Below, piece after piece: positions 1 to 11,300 of a DNA stretch of 64,000 nucleotides. The position numbers and the translations under genes are program-made. Every line of letters begins with the position of its first letter. The first letter of the stretch is position 1. The DNA lies in assembly GCA_013265495.1 (NCBI GenBank), contig MU061578.1, positions 3,855,308-3,919,307 on the forward strand, in the 5' to 3' direction. Origin of the DNA: Vicugna vicugna. Its lineage: Eukaryota. The notes beneath the pieces were generated by a model that saw nothing but the letters and a program-made list of their open reading frames with translations, had not been told where the DNA came from and made no database searches.

Positions 1-552
1 GCTGGACACTTTATGGAAGGGAGTCTGGTTGAATTTCAGCACCTTAAAAGTAGCTGTTGTCACCCCCGTCGTACTGGCAGAGAAACAGGCTCAGAAAGGG
101 TGAGGGGTGGATGGCAGTAGAACTGGGGGTCAAGTTCTTGTCTCTTGACTCATGGGATGAGAGATGGCTCATCTGTGGGCCCCAGGGCCTCTGAGCCAGC
201 AGGTTGGGGCAGGGTGCAGGCAGCTGTGTGATACTGAGGATTTAGTTCCCAAGTACCTCCACCCCGTTCCAGGACCCTAGAAGCCACTGTCTTTGGTGAG
301 AGGCTGTTCCCACGGGACAAGGGGCCTCCCTGTGCCTACGCCCAGGGACAGCGTGTTCTCAGGCCAGCATCATCTTCCAAGCAGCCCTTGGCATGCTTTT
401 CTTAACCAGCTGAGAGTCTGGGAATGAGGAAGGATGTGGGATTAGAAACCCTGGAATGGTTTCCAACAAAGCCTAGGTCCTGGGTGAGTAGGACCCCCAG
501 GCTGCCCAGTGAGTGCCCCTCCCCAGCCCTGAGCACACCAGGATGGGGCTGT

Positions 553-573
553 TTCAGCACCACGGACAGCGAC
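553..573 (+). promoter_or_regulatory. RE1/NRSE (REST binding site) in CACNA1H intron 2
   Basis: TTCAGCACCACGGACAGCGAC matches the consensus TTCAGCACCACGGACAGCGCC at 20/21 positions. Confidence 0.93.
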
Positions 574-3500
574 CACATCCCGTGGCCTCTGGCCCTCAGG
601 GCCTGGCATTGGGCTCTTTTGGGGTGCGTTGGAGTCTTGGTCTGAGAGGCTGTGGAGCCAGCACCAAGAGCTTTCATGACAGGACTGGTCTCTGCTCTGT
701 ACAGGCTGGGGGAGGGAAGGTGGTCCAGCACCTGCAGAGCCCCCCGTGGAGGTTGACATCTGGCCAGGTCGGCTGAATGCTGGGGGGGCTTTGAGTTGGA
801 ATGTGGGACCCACAGAGGAATATGGCACTTGAGGGGACCTCTACCCCTACTGCTGATGGGGATCTTCAGCTCTGGGACCCTCTCCAAGCTTCTCTGGGGC
901 CCCATTTCTCATTACAAGCCCCTGGCCTGGGTGTGAGACAGGCCACCCTGTGGAGAATCACTCCAGGCCCCACCTTGCCCAGGCTGGACACCAGGGGCCT
1001 GTTAGGCTGGGGGAGGTCCCTGGGGCCTGTTTGGGCAAGGCCCAGAGTGGTCAAGGAATGTGGATCAGGGGGCTCTCTGCCCTTCTTTCAGCCTCCAGAT
1101 CTGGGCAGAGCCTTCCTGGCTACAGGGTCCCATGGGAGAGACCATCTCAGGAAGCTGTGGACCCAGGCCCTCTGCCCCTCTGTGGCTAGGCCTCAGGCAG
1201 CACCGCGGCACCCCACCACATCAGTGTGGCTGCCTCTTCTTGGCCACACAGCAGCCTTGCTTCTTTAGATCCACGGTGGAAATTGACTCTAATTTGTAGA
1301 CTTTGGTTCAAAACCTAAAGGATTTTTAATTAAAACCCAGAAAATCCATCTGTATAATTAAGCCTCCGGAAGTCACTGGGCTCTGTGATGAAAGTCCGGC
1401 TGGCACTGCCTGTCCTCACATGCCTACCAAGACATGACCAGGGGATGGCTGTGACATGTGGGGATGATGGAGCCCTTTCCCTCCCTGCAGGTCCTCTCAG
1501 GGCAGGGCCAGTGGGAACCCATGCGTTGGCAGCCTCTCCCCAGGCCAGCTTGGCTCCGAGTGCTTTTCTTGTGTGTGCACCTTTGCACAGTTGAGGCGTG
1601 CTGGACTTCAGGACCTGGTTCCTCCTAGGGTGTTTGGGGTGGTGGGGGGAGGGGGCAGGGTGTGTCATGAGGATAATAACCCAAAAGGGAGGACACGCAA
1701 GAGGATGGGTGGAGAACTTTCTGGGCTGTGCTAACTGGGTTAGTCACCCTAGCTGCATGGGCAGTGTCCCCACCTCTTGGGTGAGCCTGTGCTCCCACCA
1801 TAGGTTGTGGCTGTGGCCGGTTGTCCTGAACCCCTAGGGTGTGCCTCGAGGTCAGGGGAGGCAGGTAGAGCCATGGAACTGGTGGGGTCAGGAGGAAGCT
1901 GAGGTTGGTGGCTAGTATTTGCTAATCAGTGGTTTGGGAAGATGTCCTACCTCAAGCTGAGCTGTCTTTGCAAGTTGGGGACCTGGTCTGTGGCTCTTGC
2001 TGGGGAGTTTGCCTCCCTAGCCCCTTATCAAGTAGCCTCTCATGGGTCCTGACCCACACCTGCCCAGGGCTTGGGACATGCCCACTGCATGGTTGAAAGC
2101 CAGGGTCCTTAGCTCTGCCGCACACCAGCTCCAGGGTCTGGGGTAATCTCAGAGTGAACATGGGTACAGACCTGGGAGAAATCCGTCAACAGGCTGGGGA
2201 TGTCAGTCCTAGATGGGGGGGCATGATGCTGGTGGAGGACGGGAAAGGCTGGGGGGGTAGGGGGGGTGGAAACCCTGCTACTGTGGGAGCAGCGTGTTTG
2301 CTGTGTAGGAGATAGGGGCTGGCCTGGTGGAAGCACTTGGGGTCAGGAAGAGCTCAGAGAAGTGGGACAAGGAAGGAGGGTCCCAGGACTCTGGTAGACA
2401 GTTCCCACACTCCCATTGCCTGGATGGGCAAACCAAGGGCCCAGGCTGCTTTGTCCTGCCTCCCTGCAGGGGTCAGGGGCCGTACATCAGGGTCCAGCCA
2501 GATCTGGGGAGCATCTGACCATCACTTTCCAAGGCCCAGAGCTGCCTGCTCCCTGCTTGTGGTGACACCCTTGCCAGCGGGACTGGGGGTACTTGTTAGC
2601 TTCAGGCAGGTCATCCACAGCCTTTGTGTTTAAACCCATCCTCGGGAGACACACAGTGATGCCCACGCAGCCCCTCCTCTGGGGGTGCTGTTTACAGCAG
2701 TGGAGACAAAGGGACTGTGAGCAGTTCCCAGGGGCTGCAGCCGGCCATCAGGGGGCCAGGAGAGCTTTGATGCCTGAGGACTGGCTTCTGGCTTCTCTGT
2801 GTGGCCTCAGCGTCCTGTGACACAGCCCAGGACCGCTGATCCCCTCAGTCAAGTTACCCGAGCCCCCAGTCTGTGCAGAGGGGCCTAGACTGCACCTGTC
2901 TCACAGGTCGGCACACAGTAGGTGCACTGTGGGTGTTTGGTGCAGCTTTCAGCTGCAGCTTTTTCCTTCCCAAACCCCACCCATGGGGACCCTTTAGTGC
3001 ACCCAAGAGGCCCTGACTCTGTGCTGAGTCACCCCACCAGCTCCTGGGGAGCGCGTGTGCCTGGCCCACCCATCTCAGGCCCAAGGGAGTCAGGCCCTCC
3101 TCGCTATCTTAGCAGGTCGCTGATTTCTGTTTTTTGCTGCCAAATCATAGCAAAGACACTTGTTACTGCTGAACCCATTAAGTGTAATTACTGCGCTCTC
3201 GGCGGGAATGTGTAATTACATCGGTGGCCCAGTGCCACACTGCACAGCATGCTGTGGGCCAGGGGCTGCAGGGCGGCAACTGTTGGCCCTGCCCCTACAG
3301 GGTGGAAGAGGGAAGGGGTCTGGGCGGGGCGGGCTGCCAGGGCCCCGTGAAGGAGGGATACACACAGCATGGCCTTCCTCCTGCCCTCTTCCCTGAGCCC
3401 ATCCACCTGTATAAACACAGAGGCCCCAAACCTCCCCCAGCCTTGTCCCTCCCTGACCCTGGTTTTGGCACAGCCTCTGCTGTGTCAGGTGCCCTTGGGA

Positions 3501-4010
3501 TCAAAGCCCTTTGCAGGCGGGGCTGCATGGACCCCCCAGCCCAGTGCCCACATGCAGCTGAACACAGACCTGGCACTCAGGGTCCTGGGGACCGATCTCC
3601 ACTGTATGGGGCACAGCCTTATGCCAGGTGGGGCCCTGGTGCTTTTGTCATCTCATAAATCCATGAAACACCTCCTCCCCAGCAGGGTGCAGGGAAGGGG
3701 GCACTGGGGCACCAAGGCCCCAGGTCACAAAGCCAGGACGTGCTGCAGCTGAAATTCCCACCAGGAGTCTGTGAGGGTGAGCACCCCATCCCTGTCACTC
3801 TGCCTCAGCCCCCTCGGTGCCAGGCTGGGTAGGGGTTGCGGGGTTGCAGCACCAGATTTCCCATGGCTGTCTGTGACGGAAGGTGTTTCCTGAGTGCCGA
3901 GTTCTCTCACTTTAAGAAAGTTCCCCTGCCCACCCCACATCGGCTCGAACGTGGACTTGGGGCACGACTTTGGGGGCCTCCTGCCCTCCCACCCTTGCTG
4001 TCTCCAGCTG

Positions 4011-4040
4011 AGCCCAGCCCAGCCCAGCCCAGCCCAGCCC
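4011..4040. repeat. (AGCCC)6 pentanucleotide microsatellite
   Basis: Six perfect AGCCC copies; reads (GGGCT)6 on the - strand. Confidence 0.95.
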
Positions 4041-5177
4041 AGGGCAGGCAGGCAGCCTGCAGAAAATCTGCCTCAGGGATTGATGTGGGTCCTGATGAGG
4101 GAGGTTCTTGATGTGGGGTACAAGGAATGCCCCTCAGGCTTGAGGGGTACCTGCCTCTACCCACGGGTTTGGGTGAAGCCCCAGTCTTCCAAACAGGGAA
4201 CCCCCACACACAGCCTAGCTCCCATTTGGGCAGCTCTGGGCCCCCTGCCTGGTCTGGGTTCTGGGCCCCTTCTTTATACCTAACATGGCTGGGACACCAT
4301 AGGGGCCCCCAATTTCTTGATGAGCCACTGGGGGCAGGCACAGGGGTGCACCCCTTCATGGAGACAGCCACAGAGGGGGCAAAAGCTGCAGCCGCACCGT
4401 GGCCTCTGTGGAACCATGGTGCCACCTGGTGGCCACTCCCAGAATGACTGGGAGTGCTCACTGAGGTGAAGGGTGGCCTTTCACCCTGAGAGCCAGCGAC
4501 ATCCGAGTGTGGCTGGGACACCCATGCTGGGTTCACGCAGCATTCGCTGCTGGCCTCGTGCCCTGAGGTTCTGGCTGGACCTCTGGTCCTCCTACCAACA
4601 GGACGTCTCTTGGACAGGGCTCTTCACGGACAAGTGGCTTCCACTCCCAGGACTGACTTGGGTTGGGGCGGTAATGGTGGGTGGTCCTCACTCACCAGTC
4701 CTCTGTCCGTGTCCTGTCCCCCTTCATCCAGGCCCAGAGTAGGGCTGCTGGTCCTCCAGGCCCAGACACTGAATTGAGCTAAAGTTCACATCCCTTATTG
4801 CCTGTCACCATGGTCAGAGGTCACAGGAGGGTTCATGCAGGGCTGCAGGGAGGGGGGCTCTGGGGCCACCCTCATGGTGCCTTCACAGTTGGTGGACATC
4901 TGTGGTAATTGGGGTCCAGGTTGGGCAGCATCCCTGAGGCTGCTCATTCAAGAGTCTGACTGTAGTTTGGTACACTGGAGTTGGGGGGCAGTGGCCGACC
5001 TCCATCCAGGGTCCTGCTGTACACGAGAGGTTGGCAGCAGAGTCCAGAGACTGGTGTCGGGTCTGTCCCTCACTGCCCAGCTGACGGGGCAGGCATGGGG
5101 ATGTCAAGGGCCTGGCCCTGGGGCAGCTTTGCCAGGTGCTGGGGGCAGGTCCCAGGGCTCCTCCGCCTGCGTGTGGA

Positions 5178-5196
5178 CCCTTAACTCTGGCCCCAC
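5178..5196 (+). other. U12-type (minor spliceosome) branch point and AC 3' splice site
   Basis: CCCTTAAC (5178-5185), then TCTGGCCCCAC|GTGGTTC; no AG at the exon boundary. Confidence 0.92.
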
Positions 5197-5308
5197 GTGG
5201 TTCGAACACGTCAGTATGCTGGTCATCATGCTCAACTGCGTGACCCTCGGCATGTTCCGGCCCTGTGAGGATGTTGAGTGCCGCTCGGAGCGCTGCAGCA
5301 TCCTGGAG
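5197..5308 (+). CDS. CACNA1H: CACNA1H exon 3 (WFEHVSML...CSILE)
   Basis: AC acceptor, GT donor at 5309; 112 nt. Confidence 0.95.
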
Positions 5309-8300
5309 GTGGGTGTCCGGCGGGGCTGGCAGGGCAGGGCTGATCATGGGTGATGAGGGCTGGGGAGTGGAGGGGTGCAGACCTGCCTCTCAGGCCCGCC
5401 TCCTGCAGGCCTTTGACGACTTCATCTTCGCATTCTTCGCGGTGGAGATGGTCATCAAGATGATCGCCCTGGGGCTATTCGGACAGAAGTGCTACCTGGG
5501 TGATACATGGAACAGGCTGGACTTCTTCATTGTCATGGCGGGGTATGGCCTGCCCTGCTGTGGACAAGCCCTAGACCTGGGAGTGACCCCCTTGGTCCCC
5601 CAGGAAGAGGGCTGGGGAGGTGCCTTCAGGCAGAGCTGGATCTGAGAGATGGCTGGGGGTGGGGTGCTAGGGGCGGACACTTGTCCCAGGGCTCCCTGTG
5701 CCAGCACCAGGGGCGGCGGGATAGACTCTGAGTGCATGGGGTGGCCTGTGAGTGGTGAGGAGCCCCCAGTGATGTCCCAAGATTGTGTTCCCTCTGCCTC
5801 AGGGCCCAGCATGGCTGAGTACACAGTATGGGGGTCAGGCCTCTGGCACGTGCTCATCTGCCCCGGGCCTCCTGGCCTCAGCTGGCAGAGTGTTTTGGAG
5901 AGAACCATGTGCCTGCTGACCTGGCTCTGACCCCAGAGCACATGCCCACAGCCTGAGCCCCCCTTTCCTCTGCTCCTACCCCAGCATGATGGAGTACTCT
6001 CTGGACGGACACAACGTGAGCCTCTCAGCCATCCGGACAGTGCGCGTGCTGCGGCCCCTCCGCGCCATCAACCGTGTGCCCAGTAAGTAATCCCTCACCC
6101 TGGGCACAGGACCAGGAGGCCACACTGCCTGTATGGCATCATATGGTGTTGGGGCAGGAGAGGCTGGCCTCCTGCCACTCACCACGGGCACCTGAGGATT
6201 TGCTGCTGCTTTCTGGGGGGAGGATGGAGCAACCCTGGACAATGTTAGGGTATGATGGAAAGTCAGGCTGTGTGGGGTCCTGGCTCCCCATGGGGCTGCT
6301 GAGTGACAGGGGCCACTCTGAACCTTAGTCTTCTCATCTGCACAGCATTTGGAGTCATTCCTGGGAGCTGTGCAGACTCTCGTGGCTTTCTTGTCTGGCC
6401 CATCACAGTGATTCTCAAGTCCGAGCGCGGCCGAAGTGTCTATCTAGTACTACAGGGAAGCATGGAGAAGCTTCCAGGAAGTCATGTGGCTGCTTGTTGG
6501 AAAGTAGCCCATCCTGACCCTGGTCATCTGTCCACACAGAGGGTGTTTGGGATTTCCTGTGTCTTCATGGTGTTCAATGCTATAACTGAATTCAGCTGTT
6601 AATTTTCCTGGAGGGTTGGGGGTGGGGGAAGTGCCCACACAACTGTGAGGCATGTATATATACACACGTGTGTGCGGGTCTGCATGTACCGTGTAGGTAT
6701 GCACTGCCTTTCTGACGGCCTGGCCTGAGTCCTAGTGGCCCCTGAAGCCAGACCCAGGTGGTCAGGGTTGGTCCTGCAGCCCTCCTGAAAAGTTACATAC
6801 TCCTAGGGTGGGACACTCCCTCCTTCTGGGGCTGCGTTGGGACCCCTGGGCCTGCCTTCCACCCACTACCTGGCTCTACCCTCAGGGTTCAGATGTGTGA
6901 CCCTGGGCAAATTACTGTACCTCTCTGAGTCTCAGTTTCCCCAACTGTGATAGCAGGACACTAGTGGTACCCTTTAAGGATGGCTGTGAGGTGAGGTGTC
7001 ACACGTGGTTCTCAGCTCTGTGCCTGGCACCACCGTGCACTCGGTCTGCTCACCTGGGCCCCCTTTCAGAGCATCATGTGGCAGTACCACCTCTGTCACA
7101 GGACAGATCTTCCTTTTCAGGCCAAATGCCTCCAGTGGCCAGAATTGCTGCCCACAGTCTCCCCTGGGGACATGCTCCTGTCCCATACAGGGTACTTCCC
7201 CCAGATAGGACCACATGTACCTCATGATGAGCCTCAAATGGTCATATTCATGGCTGTATCTCACTCTGACTGCCTGGGGTCCACTCTGAACCTTGGGCCA
7301 TCTGTGGCTTCTAAGCCTGTTGCTGTCTGGCCAGGGCAGTGCTCACTGACTTTTGTCCCTGATCAATCTTCCTCCTGGTATTTCTGAAACTTCAGTGCCC
7401 CTCCCAGCTGTGATTCTCCTCTGAGACCCCAGGGGCCCATTCTGCCATCCGCCAGCCCCAGGTGGTTTCCATGAAGCCTTGGCACCTGCCCTGCAGTTTA
7501 GGGCTCTGTCTGCACCCTTAGCCTGGCCCTTGTTTGTTTCCAGAAAGGAGTCTTATCTTGCCGAGGTCGGGGAGGGGGCAGGCCCATGACCAAGCAAGGG
7601 GGAAGTGAGGCTCAGCTGGTCCACTCGGTGGATTAATTTGCATCCATACAGCCCATTGCACCCAAGAATGAGAGCTTCAAAAGTGTCTCCTGCCCTAGGG
7701 GTGCACACAGCTCCCACCTCCCTCCAGTGCAGGGCTCTGCTCCACATGATTCTCACAGAGAATGGAATGAAATGCAGGTCCCTGAACCCTGTACCTGTTG
7801 CGAGACCCCCCAGTCTCCTGAGTGTGAGAGGCAGCTGAAGCCTTAGCTGCTGGTGGTCCCTGAGGCTGCTGCTCCCATGATGGAGCCTGGGGCCCCGAGG
7901 CGTCTGGGCCAATCACCCTAGGGGCCTGCCTGTATGCAGTGTGGTCCTGGACAGCATCTGCGAGGAGCAGGGACTGCCCTCCCTGACACTCTCCAGGCTG
8001 AGGCCTTGCTCCCCTCTGTGGGGTCTGACCCACAGGTGTCTGTCTCTTGGGGCCTGTTGGACATGGAGGGGCCAGGTGCAGATCTCCTGCAGAGGCACCC
8101 ATACCCCTCTGTGAACGGCAGGGGGTGGGGAGGGGTGTGGCTTAGGGTTCCCAGGGGGAACTGGGGGTTTCAGGGATTCCCCAGGAGTGTTCTGCCATGC
8201 TGACCAGCTGCTCTGCCACCTGCAGGCATGCGGATCCTGGTCACGCTGCTGCTGGACACACTCCCCATGCTCGGGAACGTTCTCCTGCTCTGCTTCTTTG

Positions 8301-11300
8301 TCTTCTTCATCTTCGGCATCGTGGGAGTCCAGCTTTGGGCTGGCCTGCTGCGCAACCGCTGCTTTCTGGACAGCACCTTCGCCAGGTGCACAGGCCCCGC
8401 CCACCCAGCAGGCCACTCCCCTAACACATCTCTCTGGCCTCCTGCCCCCAGCAATCTCCTCCCCTCCAGCCCCACCCCAACAGGTTCCTCCTCTCCAGGC
8501 TCCTCCAGGCTGGGCTCCAGGGGCATGCTCTTCCTGGAGCTTCGCTAGCACTACTGAGCTTGGATCTTTTTTACCTTTTGTTTTTACGTCTGTTTCTGTG
8601 TCTGCTTCTCTGTGTTTCTCTGTTTGTCTCTATATCTCCATTTCCATCTCTATGTGTCTCTCTGTCTCTCCATCTTGGTGCCCCCAGGAACAGTAACCTC
8701 AGCTTCCTGCGGCCATACTACCAGCCGGAGGAGGGCGAGGAGAACCCTTTCATCTGCTCCTCCCGCCGGGACAACGGCATGCAGAAGTGCTCGCACATCC
8801 CCAGTCGCCGTGAGCTGCGCGTGGAGTGCACGCTGGGCTGGGAGGCCTATGGGCAGCCGCAGGCCGAGGGCACAGGTGGCGCCGGCCATCACACCTGCAT
8901 CAATTGGAACCAGTACTACAACGTGTGCCGCTCTGGTGACTCCAACCCACACAATGGGGCCATCAGCTTTGACAACATCGGCTACGCCTGGATCGCCATC
9001 TTCCAGGTGGGCTCCGGGTCCCCCCTAACGCCGGGCGCCCAGCCTGCGGGGCCTGGGGGCTGGTGCCAGGCAGGGCTTTCTTGCCCCGCTGCCCTCCCAG
9101 GGCTGTCCGTGTGTCCAGCCGCCTGCCCCCCCAGGTGATCACGCTGGAGGGCTGGGTGGACATCATGTACTACGTCATGGATGCTCACTCCTTTTACAAC
9201 TTCATCTACTTCATCCTGCTCATCATCGTAAGTGCGGGCAGCTGGGTGGGATGTGCTCGGTAAAGGGTGTGAGCGGGTGGAGGCGCCCCACCTTGTGACA
9301 GGCTGTCTCAGATCCCCAAGCTCCTGTTAGTGGATATCCTTCTGCCCCTGGGGTCCAGTGTGATCTGCTCGTGCCCCCGGTGCTGCTCCGTCCTGGTCTC
9401 TGTTGGCCCTCCTGGTTTCCTGCGCCTGGCTGAGGTACAGGGATGGGCAGGGACAGCAGAGGCCCAGGGTTGTCTAGTCCAGGGCAAGTGGGATGGGGGC
9501 CCTTGGTGGAGCACAGAGCTTCTGTCCAGCCCCAAAGGGAGGAAATGGGCAGGCCCGGGAGGACAGAAGCCTGTTGAGGGGGAGGGGAGAGAGGCCTCAC
9601 ATGGCCCCTCGGCCCCTGCTATGGCCAGGTCCTATTAGGAGGCTGCAGGAGAGTCAGGACCACCTCTTGGTGTCCTACCCCTCCAGTGTACACAGGTGCC
9701 CAGGCACATTCCTCTACAGTATAAGTGTTTCTCTCAGGCACAGACATCCACAGTGCATGTGACCTCCAGGTGTGGCCCTCACTTGGTTCTCTCAGTGGCC
9801 CTGCAGTGTCTGGGGCAGGGTCTACAAGGACCAGCAGTGAATTGAACCAGGCAGCTGCCCCTCCTTATCTCAGACCATAAGCACAAGCAGAGGAGAGTGT
9901 CACTGAGGACAGTGAAGCCGTGGGGATTGGAGAAGGCTTGACCTGGGTGGGAAGGTCTGGTTGGTGACGGATCTGAAGAAGGGGACAAACCACCCAGATG
10001 TTGCAAGGAGGGTCTCCCCTTGTGTCCTGCAGCTGTCCACAAATAGGCAAGAGACACCACCTCACACCACCCATCCCCAGTGTTGGGGCCCAGCCTCAAA
10101 TCAGCAGGGACGCCCCCCTCACAGGGTGCCCCCACCAGCCACACTTGGCTGTGTCCCTGGCCCTGAGACTGAGCAGTGCACGGTAGATCTCAGTATGTCC
10201 CCCATCAGGGACTTCAGCTCTCTTGTGTGGAAATCACAGCTGCTGGCCTGGCCTCCTGCCCCACCCAACGCTGATACCCAAGGCGGTGGGTCTCCGTGTC
10301 CCCCTTCCTCAGCTCTTTGGGGCACACGCCGGGTGAGTGAGCTGTGGGTGGGTTGCCTGGAGGCTCACTGCCACCCGCCTGCCGCAGGTGGGTTCCTTCT
10401 TCATGATCAACCTGTGCCTGGTGGTGATCGCCACACAGTTCTCAGAGACGAAGCAACGAGAGAACCAGCTGATGCGGGAGCAGCGGGCCCGCTACCTGTC
10501 CAACGACAGCACACTCGCCAGCTTCTCAGAGCCAGGCAGCTGCTACGAGGAGCTTCTCCGGTACGTGGGCCACATCTACCGCAAGGTGAAGCGCCGAGGC
10601 CTGCGCCTCTACGCCCGCTGGCAGAGTCGCTGGTGCAAGAAGGTCGACCCCAGCAGTGCACTGCATGGCCAGGGTCCTGGGCGCCGGGCGCGGCGGGCGG
10701 GTGGGCGCACCGCCTCCATCCACCACCTGGTCTACCATCACCACCACCACCACCACCACCACTACCACTTCAGCCATGGCAGCCCGCGCCGGCCGGGCCC
10801 CGAGGAGGGTGCCGGGGACACCAGGCTGGTGCGGGCTGGAGTGCCGCCCTCACCTGGGCGTGGGCCCCCTGACGCTGAGTCAGTGCACAGCGTGTACCAT
10901 GCAGACTGTCATGTGGAAGGGCCACAGGAGAGGGCCAGGGTGGCACACGCCGCGGCCACCACTGCTGCCAGCCTCAAGCTGGCCACTGGGATGGGCGCCA
11001 TGAACTACCCCACCATCCTGCCTTCAGCTGCAGGCGGCAGCAAGGGGAAGCAGTCCAGCGGGCCGCTGGGAGCTGGGGGGCACAGCCCCCTGAGCCTAAG
11101 CAGCCCTGATCCCTGCGAGAAGCTCCAGCACCTGGTTGGGGAGCATGGTAAGGACCCCGCCCTGTGGAGAGCAATGGGAGTGGGGGCGGCGCTCCGGGGA
11201 CATCCTCGCTTGTGTGGGTACCATCCTGAGCCCAGCTTTCCCCTCTCGAGCCCTGGATGAAGGGAAGAAGAGAGGGGGAGGGTCTGGATACTTCTGGGTA

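Noticed and set aside
4011..4040. (GGGCT)6 resembling immunoglobulin switch repeats
   Set aside because: Only 30 nt; an ordinary microsatellite.
9961..10872. Long alternative-frame and antisense ORFs overlapping CACNA1H exons
   Set aside because: Expected by chance in GC-rich coding DNA; low-complexity products.
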